A stretch of DNA of 57,607 nucleotides, counting the filler, from Syncephalis fuscata S228 (taxonomy: Eukaryota; Fungi; Zoopagomycota), in NCBI GenBank assembly GCA_025786725.1. It is 3 parts of 3 records of this genome, joined end to end, with 100 filler letters (N's around TTAATTAATTAA, not from the genome) between each part and the next. Parts side by side here need not be neighbours in the genome. Positions count along the whole stretch, not along the records: positions 18,704 to 43,707 come from JAHLTZ010000123.1; positions 43,808 to 57,607 come from JAHLTZ010000241.1; 1 more part is not named here. One strand, given 5' to 3'. A program made the translations under genes and the position numbers. The notes beneath the pieces were generated by a model. That model made no database searches, was not told the origin of the DNA, and saw only the letters and a program-made list of their open reading frames with translations. Shown here in pieces: positions 37,701-49,267 of the stretch (positions within the stretch are counted from its first letter, which is position 1; each line of letters begins with the position of its first letter).

Positions 37701-39471
37701 CTGAACGACGAAGTTTTGGATCAAGTCGAACTCGTGTAAATATAATATTGACCATTTGCGTTAATGTGCCTTGAGCAATTGTTTGATTGGCCGAATTACT
37801 CGATAACAAAAATATGTTATAGGTGGTACGAACAGCCCGTAAAAGTGTCGATTGATGTACAGGACGTTCTGATTGAGACACCGCTGCCAATAATGCCTAT
37901 AACATTAATTAAGTAATTAATTAACTAATTAATATTATAATTAATTAATTATCAACATTTTAATAGCTACCTTAATAATTTGTAGTGTCACTTTATCATC
38001 GGTATTCTCTCCTATAAATGCATCACATACCACCATAACAATATCATCGATAATGGTAGCCTTTAATTTCTCTTCTTCTATAGGTATCGTTGTAGCTGTA
38101 TCACTACCCGCTGTAGTCTCTGGTGTTTTAGTTTCTTGGTTAGTATCTGTAGTTGATTCAGTTACCACTGTTTCTTCTACCGAGACGCCCTCATCCAATG
38201 AAGGTGTATTGACGGTCATATCGGTAACACTCGTTGTGGTTACACTATGATTACGACTACGTAATTGTTCTGTTTGACGTTGTCGTCGACGATCTTGTGC
38301 ATCAGATCCAATTAATTTGTACGATATTAACTTTTCAATACAATCAATGGAGGCAATTGTCAATGGAATATTGCCGGTTTGACATGCCAATTGTAATGGT
38401 GTAAATACCATATAGATATTATTTCTATGGTCATTCATTATTATTAATATGTAAACATTACTAATTACTTACATCAATTGACGTGTTGAATCTTCCATAG
38501 CCAATAAATCTATTATTACCATTACCATTATTATTAATTAACTATTAAACACTATAAACAATAACCAACTACTTACCAATAGCTTTCTGTGTTGCATCAA
38601 CCAATTCTTTACTTCTTTTCGCTTCACGACTAGCGGCAATGATCTTTAATGCTTTATCAAGAAACATTGTACTAGTAGCCACTGTAGGTGATAGTGGTAC
38701 AGGTACCGATGATGTCGATGATGTAGTCACTGTCTCTTCTTTAAAGCTAGTCACTGTTTCAGTAGCATCATTAAGGGTGTTTATCGTGGCCGATGTTGAC
38801 TGTCCTTCTATTTCTTGTAATACGGTAGACTCTATAGCTATAGATAATGATGATGCTCCATTCCTTTCATCTTGATCCAATACTTCTGGTTCAATAGACT
38901 TTAAAGTAGTTATTGATTCAGCTGCCTCATCAATAGTATCTACTTCAATGGTTTGCGTAATACTATCAACAATCTCATCTGGATCAGATGTATTATTTGG
39001 CATATCCACATAATCAGTCTCTTCCAGTATCAACGATGCTTTAGATAACTCTTCATTATCAAGTACCACATCAGTCAAGTCTTCATAGATACTTTCCGCA
39101 TCTGATAGTGTATTGGATATCATGTTCTGTTCATGAAATGATCCAATCGTGGTGGCTATAGATGGTTCATCCACTGTTAACGCTACAGTGGCTTCTGATT
39201 CAATTTCCTCTACTACCACCATGGTTGTTGTGGTAGTAGTAGCAGTGGTAGTAGTAGTAGTCGTGCTTGAAGTACTATGGTGTTCAGTATTGGCTACATT
39301 CTTTTCATCATCGCTACTATGGCCATCTTCGTTTAAGATAGCGTTAGTAGTAGCTGGTGGGTCGCTACATTCAACGACCTCCATCGTAGGGGTGGTCGGT
39401 CGCGATGAAGCATCAACGTCGGATGTCGCTACCTCATCCACCGGTGGCCTATCACTTTGAGGCTGTGACAT
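31752..39471 (-). CDS. SEC7: Sec7/BIG-family ARF guanine-nucleotide exchange factor, many introns
   Basis: [63 protein letters not shown]. Apparent 1-nt indels near 35195 and 34943. Confidence 0.95.
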
Positions 39472-39859
39472 ACTAATAGAACAGCAACAACCGCGTTATT
39501 TTTACAATACCGTCAATTAACTAGTAATTGAGTCTTTTCCGTATACGTCGTCTATTGGAATAGAGCGGCGGTGATATGGTTAGTAGTAGTAGTAGGAGGA
39601 GGAGGAGTGGAATGGTGGAACAGTAAAAGGAAGCCAATAATGTGTGAATAGGAGCGGTGTATCAATAAAGAATACGATGATGATGATGATGATGTTGTTG
39701 GTACAATAGTTAATTAACCAATCAATAAACATTTTACTTAATTAATTAATTAACCATTGTTATTGTTATTATTAAACATATTATGGTGGTTATGGTTATG
39801 GTCTTCTTTTTCCCTGTACAAAGACGTTATTGTTTACTTGATATTACTTCTTTATCGTC

Positions 39860-41972
39860 ATGACTCTATTGGACCGGACACTTGTAGATTTTATGGTAAC
39901 ATTGGGCGCGCAAGCCTTATACTTTGCATTTGGTTGGGTATTTCTCGTGAACAAGTTATTCCACGATTATGCCGTGGCTTCTAGAAAACATACATTAGGC
40001 GTGCAAGCCGTCTTTTCATTGACATTCAGTTCAAGTTGTGGTCTATTTCAACTTATTATATTCGAGATTACTGGCTCATTAACTAAAGAGTATGTATTTA
40101 ATACAGTTAGCAGTATCTATTAATTAAATAGCTTTTATAAATATCAGTTCTCGTTGGCTATTATGGAAGATTAATTTGGCCATTTTACTGGCTCTTGTTA
40201 TTGGTGCCATTCCATTCTATCAAATATATATTATATTAGGCAATACTGGTGAAGGTATGTATATATATATATATTTGATGATTGATATGTATACTTTTAA
40301 GAACCATAATACTAATAATAATAATAATAATAATAATAGGATTTATGAAGCGACATCATCTTGTCTTTACCAGTGTTATATGGTGTATATTATTTACTTT
40401 ATTCTGGCAATTAGGCGATTATTTTCCAATTGAAAAAGCACTCGATGGTGATCAAAGTAAGTTATAAAAACAAAAGTGCCTAATAAATACATTATATTAA
40501 TTATATTAATTATATAGGCTGGTTATCAATGACCCCATTGATGAGTCGTATCGGTGTATTAGGTGTTACTATTATGGCAATTCTTTCAGGATTTGGTGCT
40601 GTAAATAGTCCTTACACAACATTATTTGTATTTCTACGGTATGCATTAATAGGGTATTTATTAGTGGTGATGTATTCAATTTTGATTAGTAAGATAGATA
40701 TGGCCGATGTACAAGCAACAGAACGTAAACTCGGTCAACTTGTGGATACATTAATTGGTAAACGTAAACGGATTGTTACGGCTCAACTACGACAAAAAGG
40801 CACAGAAACGGTAAGTGGATAACATCGTTCTATACACTAATATAATATATATAATATATAATATGTATGTAAATAATTGATCCTTATAGGCTACTGGTGC
40901 CACTGGACTTATGCGTCGTATGTTTAATGTAGCAAGTCAATTTGGCAGTGGAGAAAGTAATTGTATAGTTTATATTGCCCATAGTAGTTATACTTATAAA
41001 TAATTACGTTGTATTAGATGTAGGCGCATTAAAGGAAGAAATAAAACACACAGAAGTATTTTCACAAAACTTATTCTTGGAATTGGAAGAACTATATACT
41101 GAAATGGTAATAGTAATGAATAGTGTATACTGATTATAATTATAACATAACATGATATAATATGAATAGGACCGTATTGCCTATGCTCATACATGGAAGG
41201 GACAATATTATAATGTACTAGGCTATATATTCAGTGGTTATTGTATCTATAAAGTATTTATGGCAAGTATTTCCATCATATATGTATTATTTACTTATTT
41301 AATGTTATATTATATATAGGCTACTATCAATATTGTATTTAATCGTATTGGTAAAACAGATCCCATTACTTATAGTCTTGCTCTACTCGGTCCTTATATC
41401 GATGTAGAGATTGATGTACAAGCATGGTCACAGCAATTAAGCTTTGTATTTGTAGGCATTATGATTTTATGTTCAATTCGAGGTCTACTTATCCAGTTAA
41501 CCAAGGTAATTGCCGTATAGTATATTGATAACAATAGCAATACTAACTGTATTTAACATTTAGTTCTTTCGAGCTTCAGTTAGTAATGTATCACCAGAAA
41601 GTATGGTTTTATTTCTAGCTCAGCTTATGGGCATGTACTTTCTCAGTTCCGTATTACTTATGCGAATGAGTCTACCTGATGAATATCGGTAAGTGGATCA
41701 TCTAGTTGATGTTACACCATTCTAATAATAATCATGCTGGCTATAGAGAGATTATATCAGGTGTGTTATCTACAATTGAATTCAACTTTTATCATCGCTG
41801 GTTTGATGTTATCTTTCTGGTCAGCGCTATTTTCAGTGGCATTGCTTTGTTCTTTATGCATCAACATTTTACAAATGCTCAATCTGGTGCTGCCATCAAC
41901 ACATTTAATGACTATAGTGAGCATACACTGCAAGGGGCGTATCATGAGACTATTGACAAGAAACGTTATTAA
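39860..41972 (+). CDS. GPR89: Golgi pH regulator / GPR89 (GTG) family membrane protein
   Basis: SRIGVLGVTIMAILSGFGAVNSPY, MATINIVFNRIGKTDPIT, SIRGLL, MGMYFLSSVLLMRMSLP, FNFYHRWFDVIFLVSA. Confidence 0.93.
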
Positions 41973-42086
41973 ACAATGCTTATTATTCAATGTGGCACGC
42001 ACCTACAATACATGCATGCTATCATATAATACAAATAAAAGTATAGTAATAGTAATAGTGGTAATGAAAAGGAGTGCAAAGTGCCA

Positions 42087-43707
42087 TTAATTAAGCGTAC
42101 CACGGCATTGTGGCGATCCACATAGACATGGAATCTTATCAATTTCAATAGGAAACTTGTAATCATACGTAATTTCCTCTCCTTCTTCAATATCCTGTTT
42201 GGCATAAATAACAATCTTCTTTTCACCGTCCACCGTAATGATACGAGCAATACAGTTGGGCTACCATCATTACAATTAGTTATTGGTAAATACATTATAT
42301 AATTACTTACTGAACAGCAATGATTAATGAATCGAGCTACATTTCCCTTCTTTGTAGCATCAATGACCGTATCATCATCAATACGGAATAGATAACTACT
42401 GCCAATACCGCTCTTTTCATACATCTTCTCTCGATGATCTGCTACCTTTTGTCGTATAACTTCTCCAATATATTCAATTACCATTTCTTTGCCTCAATAC
42501 GCTCCATGGCAAATAGACCCCAGGCATGAATAGAGGAACGAGCAAAACGAAGCTGCTTTTTACGTACACGTAATTGATTGAATTTAAAGATATCGGAATC
42601 ACCTGTTGGTTGTACCATAGATTGGGCTGCTGTCGTGGTTGCAGTTATGGCTTCTGGTGTAGCTGCTGCAGTCTTTGTGGCCGATGTCGTCGTTGATACA
42701 GAAGTGATTGACGACATTTGGGCTGATTGTGCACCTCGACGGTGTGCATCAATACCGACCATCCACTGACGATGATTGGCCCGGTTTAGACGTGAAGTAA
42801 GTCGAGCCATGGCGCCCGTAAGAGCTATACGGCGTAGATCTGGCAATTGTTGATGACGTGTTGTTTTTGCTTTACGGGCTGCTATTAGATCTAGTATACG
42901 TGTACGTGCACATGTATCGTCAATAGCTGTTGTGGCTGCTATCGATGCTGGTTCAAGTAGCTTCTCATTTAACTTATCGCGATCATCAAAAAATTCTATT
43001 ACCGCTGCTTCACCCCGTTCAGCCACTAAGCGATCAGCTGCTGTGGCAAATCGTTTATCTTCAACGCGTATATCTTCTGTTGATGTGGCGACAATAGAAT
43101 TGGTCGACCGTTTGCGATTTGTCTTCGCCACTGCCCGTGCTGTAGCTGGCATAGCTTTGCTTTTGTTTCCAATTCAGCGCCAGCCTTTGACTTGGCTGAA
43201 GATGGCAATTGATCTTCAACATCAATATCCATTTCATCTTGCGATAATTCAGCCTGGCCAGTTTATCGGAATCTTTCATATCATTTTCATCGTCATTATC
43301 ACTGCTATGATCGTTGAGTTTACCATCTTCATCTTCTGATTCACTACTGCTTGTAAATACTACATAATGTCGCCGTTCTGCATCAATCGACGATGCACGT
43401 TCACCGTCACGTACTAGTGAAGCACGTCGATGTTTAGCAATGGATGGTGAATGGCGACGTTGTTTAGTCGGCCGTCCCTCCATAAACGAATCCCATTCCT
43501 CATCTTGATCTGATTCAATTCAGAGTCGTAATTACGTAGACCATGTCGATCGGTATCCACAGCACTTTCTCGTCGGGATCGACTTCGCTTACTACTACGA
43601 TCAGGGTGACGATGATGCTGTCCATCAGGTGAAGAGGGTGTTGAAGAGAATGACGGTGAAGCAGGTCGATATCCATAATTGAACTGTCTCTGTAATGTCG
43701 CCAATTA
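42087..43707 (-). CDS. SET1: Histone H3K4 methyltransferase Set1, 3' part (N-SET, SET, post-SET), truncated at contig end, several indels
   Basis: CARTR (Win-like), [64 protein letters not shown]. Confidence 0.93.
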
Positions 43708-43807
43708 NNNNNNNNNNNNNNNNNNNNNNNNNNNNNNNNNNNNNNNNNNNNTTAATTAATTAANNNNNNNNNNNNNNNNNNNNNNNNNNNNNNNNNNNNN
43801 NNNNNNN
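43708..43807. other. Artificial contig linker
   Basis: N44-TTAATTAATTAA-N44. Confidence 0.97.
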
Positions 43808-46800
43808 GAAGACTACAATGAGTAGTACGTGCTTATTAAATAAAAGTGGTATGCAATTAAGCAAACGAACAATGAAGTAGAAGCTGCATTGTAAATAAAT
43901 CATGAGCGGACTAAGCGAAGTATATCAAAGTTGTAACTAACAAAGCGAATTAAATGAATATAAATGTTAAATAAAGCGCATTTATTATTTGATGAAACAA
44001 AATAAAATAGAACGAATATACAAAGCAAAAAGTATGAATGCCAGCGGCGTAGTTATTCGGTGTAAAGAGCCTTAATGAACGAGCGAAAACAGTTGAGGTT
44101 TGTAAAAATAAAGCTAGAAAAAAGGACAACAGTTCTGAATGAAGCAAAGCTAAGTAAACATAAAGTGATGTCTTTTAAAATGAATACGCAATGAGAATAG
44201 TGTAAACAGCATTGTTAAGATCGTAGTGTATAAAACGCATCGAGTGGACTGTTGAGCCGTTGAACATTTGAGCCGTTGAACATTTAAACCGTTGAACATT
44301 TGAGCCGTTGAACATTTGAACCGTTGAACATTTAAACCGTTGAACATTTAAACCGTTGAACATTTGAGCCGTTGAACATTTGAGCCGTTGAACATTTAAA
44401 CCGTTGAACATTTGAAACCGTTGAACATTTAAACCGTTGAACATTTAAACCGTTGAACATTTGAGCCGTTGAACATTTAAACCGTTGAACATTTGAGCCG
44501 TTGAACATTTGAGCCGTTGAACATTTGAGCCGTTGAACATTTAAACCGTTGAACATTTAAACCGTTGAACATTTAAACCATTGAACATTTGAGCCGTTGA
44601 ACATTTGAGCCGTTGAACATTTGAACCGTTGAACATTTGAGCCGTTGAACATTTGAGCCGTTGAACATTTGAACCGTTGAACATTTAAACCGTTGAACAT
44701 TTGAGCCGTTGAACATTTAAGCCGCTGAGCCGTTCGACTCACTTCCACCACTTTTGACTCCACTCTCTTTTCATTCCTTTTAGTGAACATAAAATTAAAG
44801 TACCTGACATCAGGGCCCAAAATACCATCATCATAGATTTATTATCCAGTATGCATATATTTTTAATCCAACAATATCATTAAGATGTATCTTTACATCC
44901 TACTCTTAGTCAATGACAGGTTGAACACTTATATTTATTATGCATTTCAATCAGCTTCACTCAGTCCGCTCAGTGCGTTATAGCTTTATTATAGTTATTT
45001 TATTATTAATAACTGTTTATTACAATTATTAACCATTTAATGTGATTTGTGTCAAATGGCTACTTTTGATATTCGCGCAACTGGCCTGCACATTTGTTCT
45101 ATTGAACATGGGGACGGGTGGTGAGTTTTATTAACGACCAAATCATCACATTTGGTGTGATTTGGTGGTTAAATGGCTATTTTGATTATTTACGCGTTTG
45201 AACTAAACATTCAACCTATTGAACATGGAGCTGGGTGGTGAGCGACATCAAAGTTTAAAACACTTGTCATTATAGATTTATTATTCAGTATGCATATATC
45301 TCTATCTACCTACACCACTCCCTTTATTCCGCACTTCTATGTATCATTCTACGACATACTGGACACATTCTGTTCATTAAGTACACCAGCACACTCTACT
45401 CATTCCCTCCTTGCGTTATATGCGCTATAGTTTGACATCGTTTTATATGTCATTTTACACTCGCCCATCTATGCTCAATCCAAAACTGGTTTTATTGTTG
45501 TTCTAGCGTTATTATTAACAACTGTCGACTAATGTCGCTCATTGATCATGCATATATGCCCAGTAGCTATACCACTGCTGTCCATACTTTTTAATTTGTA
45601 TATTCGTTTTATTATCTAGTAAATACGCGCTAGCTATTACCGTTGTCTGTTTGGTTCTAGCACCACTATTAGAAAAGTTCACGCAAGTTGCTTATCTGCT
45701 CATGCATATATGCTCGATAGCTTTAACAAAGCTAGTTGTCTTTTAACTAGCATAGCTGATAGCTGTTATGCTATTTTACCGTACAGTTACTATGCGCTAC
45801 CAATAACTACTGTCAGCTTGACGCCAGCTTAATATTGACAAGTTTGACTCGTTCCGCTTAGTCATTCCTTTCCAAGGCGCACTATAGCTTTAATGCTGCT
45901 ACTCACACAATTACTTTTGGTATTTTATTTGCTCCATATTATTGTATGCTTAATGGCTATGCTTTATTTGCAGAAGCTATACGTTTCTTGTTAGCTGTTT
46001 GTTGCAAAGTTTAGCTCTGAGCACTTCTTTTACTCTTTGCACACAAACGCGCAAGTAGAATAGCCTTCTTACACTGCTAGTGCTCTTTTTGCTGTTTTCC
46101 AGTGCTGATATGTTGCAATGGTATCAAACGGGCCAGCGATGAACTGGTATAAGCTATTATATCAAATAAAGCTTGTTATTACAAAATAGATATTTGCTAT
46201 GGGTGTTATGTATACGTGCTTTAAAAGTGTCGTATAGCTTATTGCAGAGTAATCATGTATTGCGCTATAGCTACTTGAGCATAAGGACAAAGTGTACGTA
46301 TATTTACCATGTGGCCGTAGACAGTGCTGGCTACTCTATTCGACACAGTTAAAAGCAATAATAAACTTGGCCAAAAACAATTTGCTTTAAAGATTTTATT
46401 AGATGGATTGCATTAGTATTCAACATATAAGCCATTGGTATTTACTGTAGCTACAAGCTTGAAACTGGTCCCATTTAGCTGCTTTGCGTGCCGCCTAAAT
46501 GATCGGCATTGTTTGAAATAAAGCCATAGCTGGTATTGCCAAATAGACAGATTTACTTGCTATGCTACATGTAAAGTTTAGCATAGATCATTTTTACGCT
46601 TAGTCGGTTAAGCCGTGTAATCTAGATTTAATCCATCAGCTTATTGCGTTGTAAAGAGCTTGCCAATATTAATGTTCAGACAATATAATGACAGTAATAA
46701 AGACTGTTTTGCAATAAGTGTACAAGAAAACACACGGTTTACTACATATTACACTAATAGTTACATGTACTGAAGATTCTACTGAAATGGTTGTAGCGCT

Positions 46801-47918
46801 TATACAGAGGACTAAGAGCAATTGCGTAGTACATTGGTCATAGACGGTTTTAGACGACTCATGTTTTATTACGACATTTTCCACAACTATCACAATACAT
46901 AAGCTGGCTTTACCGCTCCTCCGAACCAACACTGCACCTTTATCTTCTTTTCTACTCTTTACCACTCGATATACGCTACACTCATTCGCCTTACTGCCAT
47001 TTGCTGTCCAATATGCTTTGCACTTGCTAGCCGCTAATGATTACAAGATCACTGCTGGTTGCTGCTATATGTACTAAGGTCGGAAACGGCGTGGGAGGTG
47101 CGATGCAGTTGTGCCTTTTGGCTAGAAGCACTGGATATGCAGTGTTCTAGAAGCTATATATCACGCAGTGTGTACTCCCAGCATGCTGTAGAAGGCGCTT
47201 GTCTGCACATAGTTGATTGGTCTTTTGTATAGTAACATTGGTACGCTTACCGTGTGTTTGTTTGCGAGGTTGCCTTGCTGAGTATCTGGCTGTTGAGACG
47301 ACATAAGGTTTGCGCTTGAAGATATCTGATATCTGATGGTGCAGAGCAAATGTTGTTTGGACAACCACTACTTATTGCGGTGTAGTCAAGCAGCAACATC
47401 ATTGGCACATGTGGCTCATCTCGTTACTGACCCTCTTCAATAGATATAGATTTAAGCGATATTTAGATTTGGCAAGAACAGGGCCACAATATGCTGTACA
47501 GCCATCCGTTTGTACTAGTCTATCATTATTTATGTATTTTTGTTTAAATAATAAATGTAGCATTTCTTATTTATTAACATACTACTATTAGTTGCGTTCA
47601 TATAAATACAGACATCTTCCCATTTAATAATAGTACTAGTTGTTTCTGCTATTGTTATTACACTGATAATAAACAACCTATTAAGCCATTGAATGTGCTT
47701 TGAAGGCAAACGATTAAATTTGATGCATCCATGCAGTTGAGCTAGACAATTGCTCTGTTGAACATAATAACGAGTGGTGAGTGCATCAAAGTTTAAAATA
47801 TTTATTGGCATAGATGTATTATCCAGTACGCTTATATCCAACATTTACTTGTACATTCGTCTATTATCGCATACTATTATGTATTATTCTACAATACACT
47901 AGCCGCATTCTGGTTATT
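43808..47918 (+). repeat. Left arm of ~4.1-kb inverted repeat (truncated by contig start)
   Basis: Reverse complement of 49268-53385. Mirror-image ORFs in the track, e.g. 43950-44147(-) = 53046-53243(+). Confidence 0.95.
44257..44721 (+). repeat. 16-bp tandem array, 29 units CCGTTGAACATTT(GAG/AAA/GAA)
   Basis: Counted directly: 465 bp = 29x16+1. Confidence 0.97.
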
Positions 47919-49267
47919 GTATGCGGCAACACACCTCACTCATCCCAACTATTACGCTGTACATTCACTAAATTGTATGCTGTTTATTGTATAGCGCATA
48001 AGAGCTATGCAACGCCATTGTTGTTTTGATTCCAGATCTATTATTAAATAAGTGCTCTTTTATGTTTTAGCGCTTTTGGCATCGGAAAGGCGCTGTAGCA
48101 TTAACACCATTTGTGCGGGCGCTTGAATGGCCATATTGGTACACTGTAGCTTTAGTACTGTAGATTTGACATAGATATTATATACTTTATATTTATAGAG
48201 TGTTGTTATATATTGTTATACAGTATATTGGCCACACTACATCGATTGGCGTTGTCCATTTTACCCTAGCTTTATCTTTAAAGTTGGCCACTTATTACAC
48301 TCATTTTGCTAATGCCCATGTTACACGGTTACAATTAGACATACTAGAAAATTAACAGTAAATAACTAAAAATATACTGCAGTCCAATTGATTCTGCCTA
48401 CTCAAACGACAATTATGGCCATACTAAGCCAATAAAATGAGATGTGCAAATACTTACTATTTTATCCAGAATTGTACATGCATATCAGAGTAATATTGGT
48501 TAAATATTGGTATAAATAATAAGTATACAGATAAATTTGTTTATTTACTGATGTAGTTTGTTTATTATGATAGTGCATTGATCAGTGTATGGTATATTGG
48601 CTATTAGCTATCAATTCAGCCTATTCTAGTGCAGCCACTGTAGCCACTGTAGCCATTTCAGCTAAGGGCCGCTTAGTATGGTCCTCGCAGGTCATTACTC
48701 GTATTTCAGCTACTGTATTTTGTTTATTTTACGTAGTTTTACGTAGTTTACGCATCACTTGCTTCCCTGCGTTGCTTCTACGTATTTGTCTATGTAATAG
48801 TACACTGCACACCATACTTGCTCCATTTCACTTATGTTGGCCTCAGTCCACACTGTATATCGCTCAGTACCTTCCCAACAGTCCCACTTTTTGATATGAA
48901 TATATAACAGCATCAAAAGCTAAGTTGAGATAAACCCAAGGTTTGAAGCTGTGAGCCAACCATTGCACCATTTCCGGTTGGCCTTGCCATTGCTGTGAAT
49001 ACGCATTGTTCCGTTGATCAGCACCAAAGCCATTGCTAATTGACAACAGCTGGTTTGTCTACCAGAAGGTTAAACAGCGTGGATGTGCATGAGCAAAATA
49101 GTTTAATTTTATTAATAATAAAGCTAGTGCAAAAATAAATATGGTTGGATAGATGAAGGATGGACGATAATAAAATGATATGTAGAATAGCAAATGTACG
49201 GTAAAAAACATAAAAGCAGTGTCAAACAGTGTATATAGCGTAATGAGCAAAGTATATTGCCGCATGT

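Noticed and set aside
44257-44721. CRISPR array
   Set aside because: Units are contiguous with only a 3-nt variable part. No unique spacers, no cas genes, eukaryotic context.
44150-44820. Repetitive ORFs (MFNGLNVQRFKCSTAQ...) and mirror copies at 52374-53043
   Set aside because: By-product of a largely stop-free 16-bp repeat read in all frames; no other coding signal.
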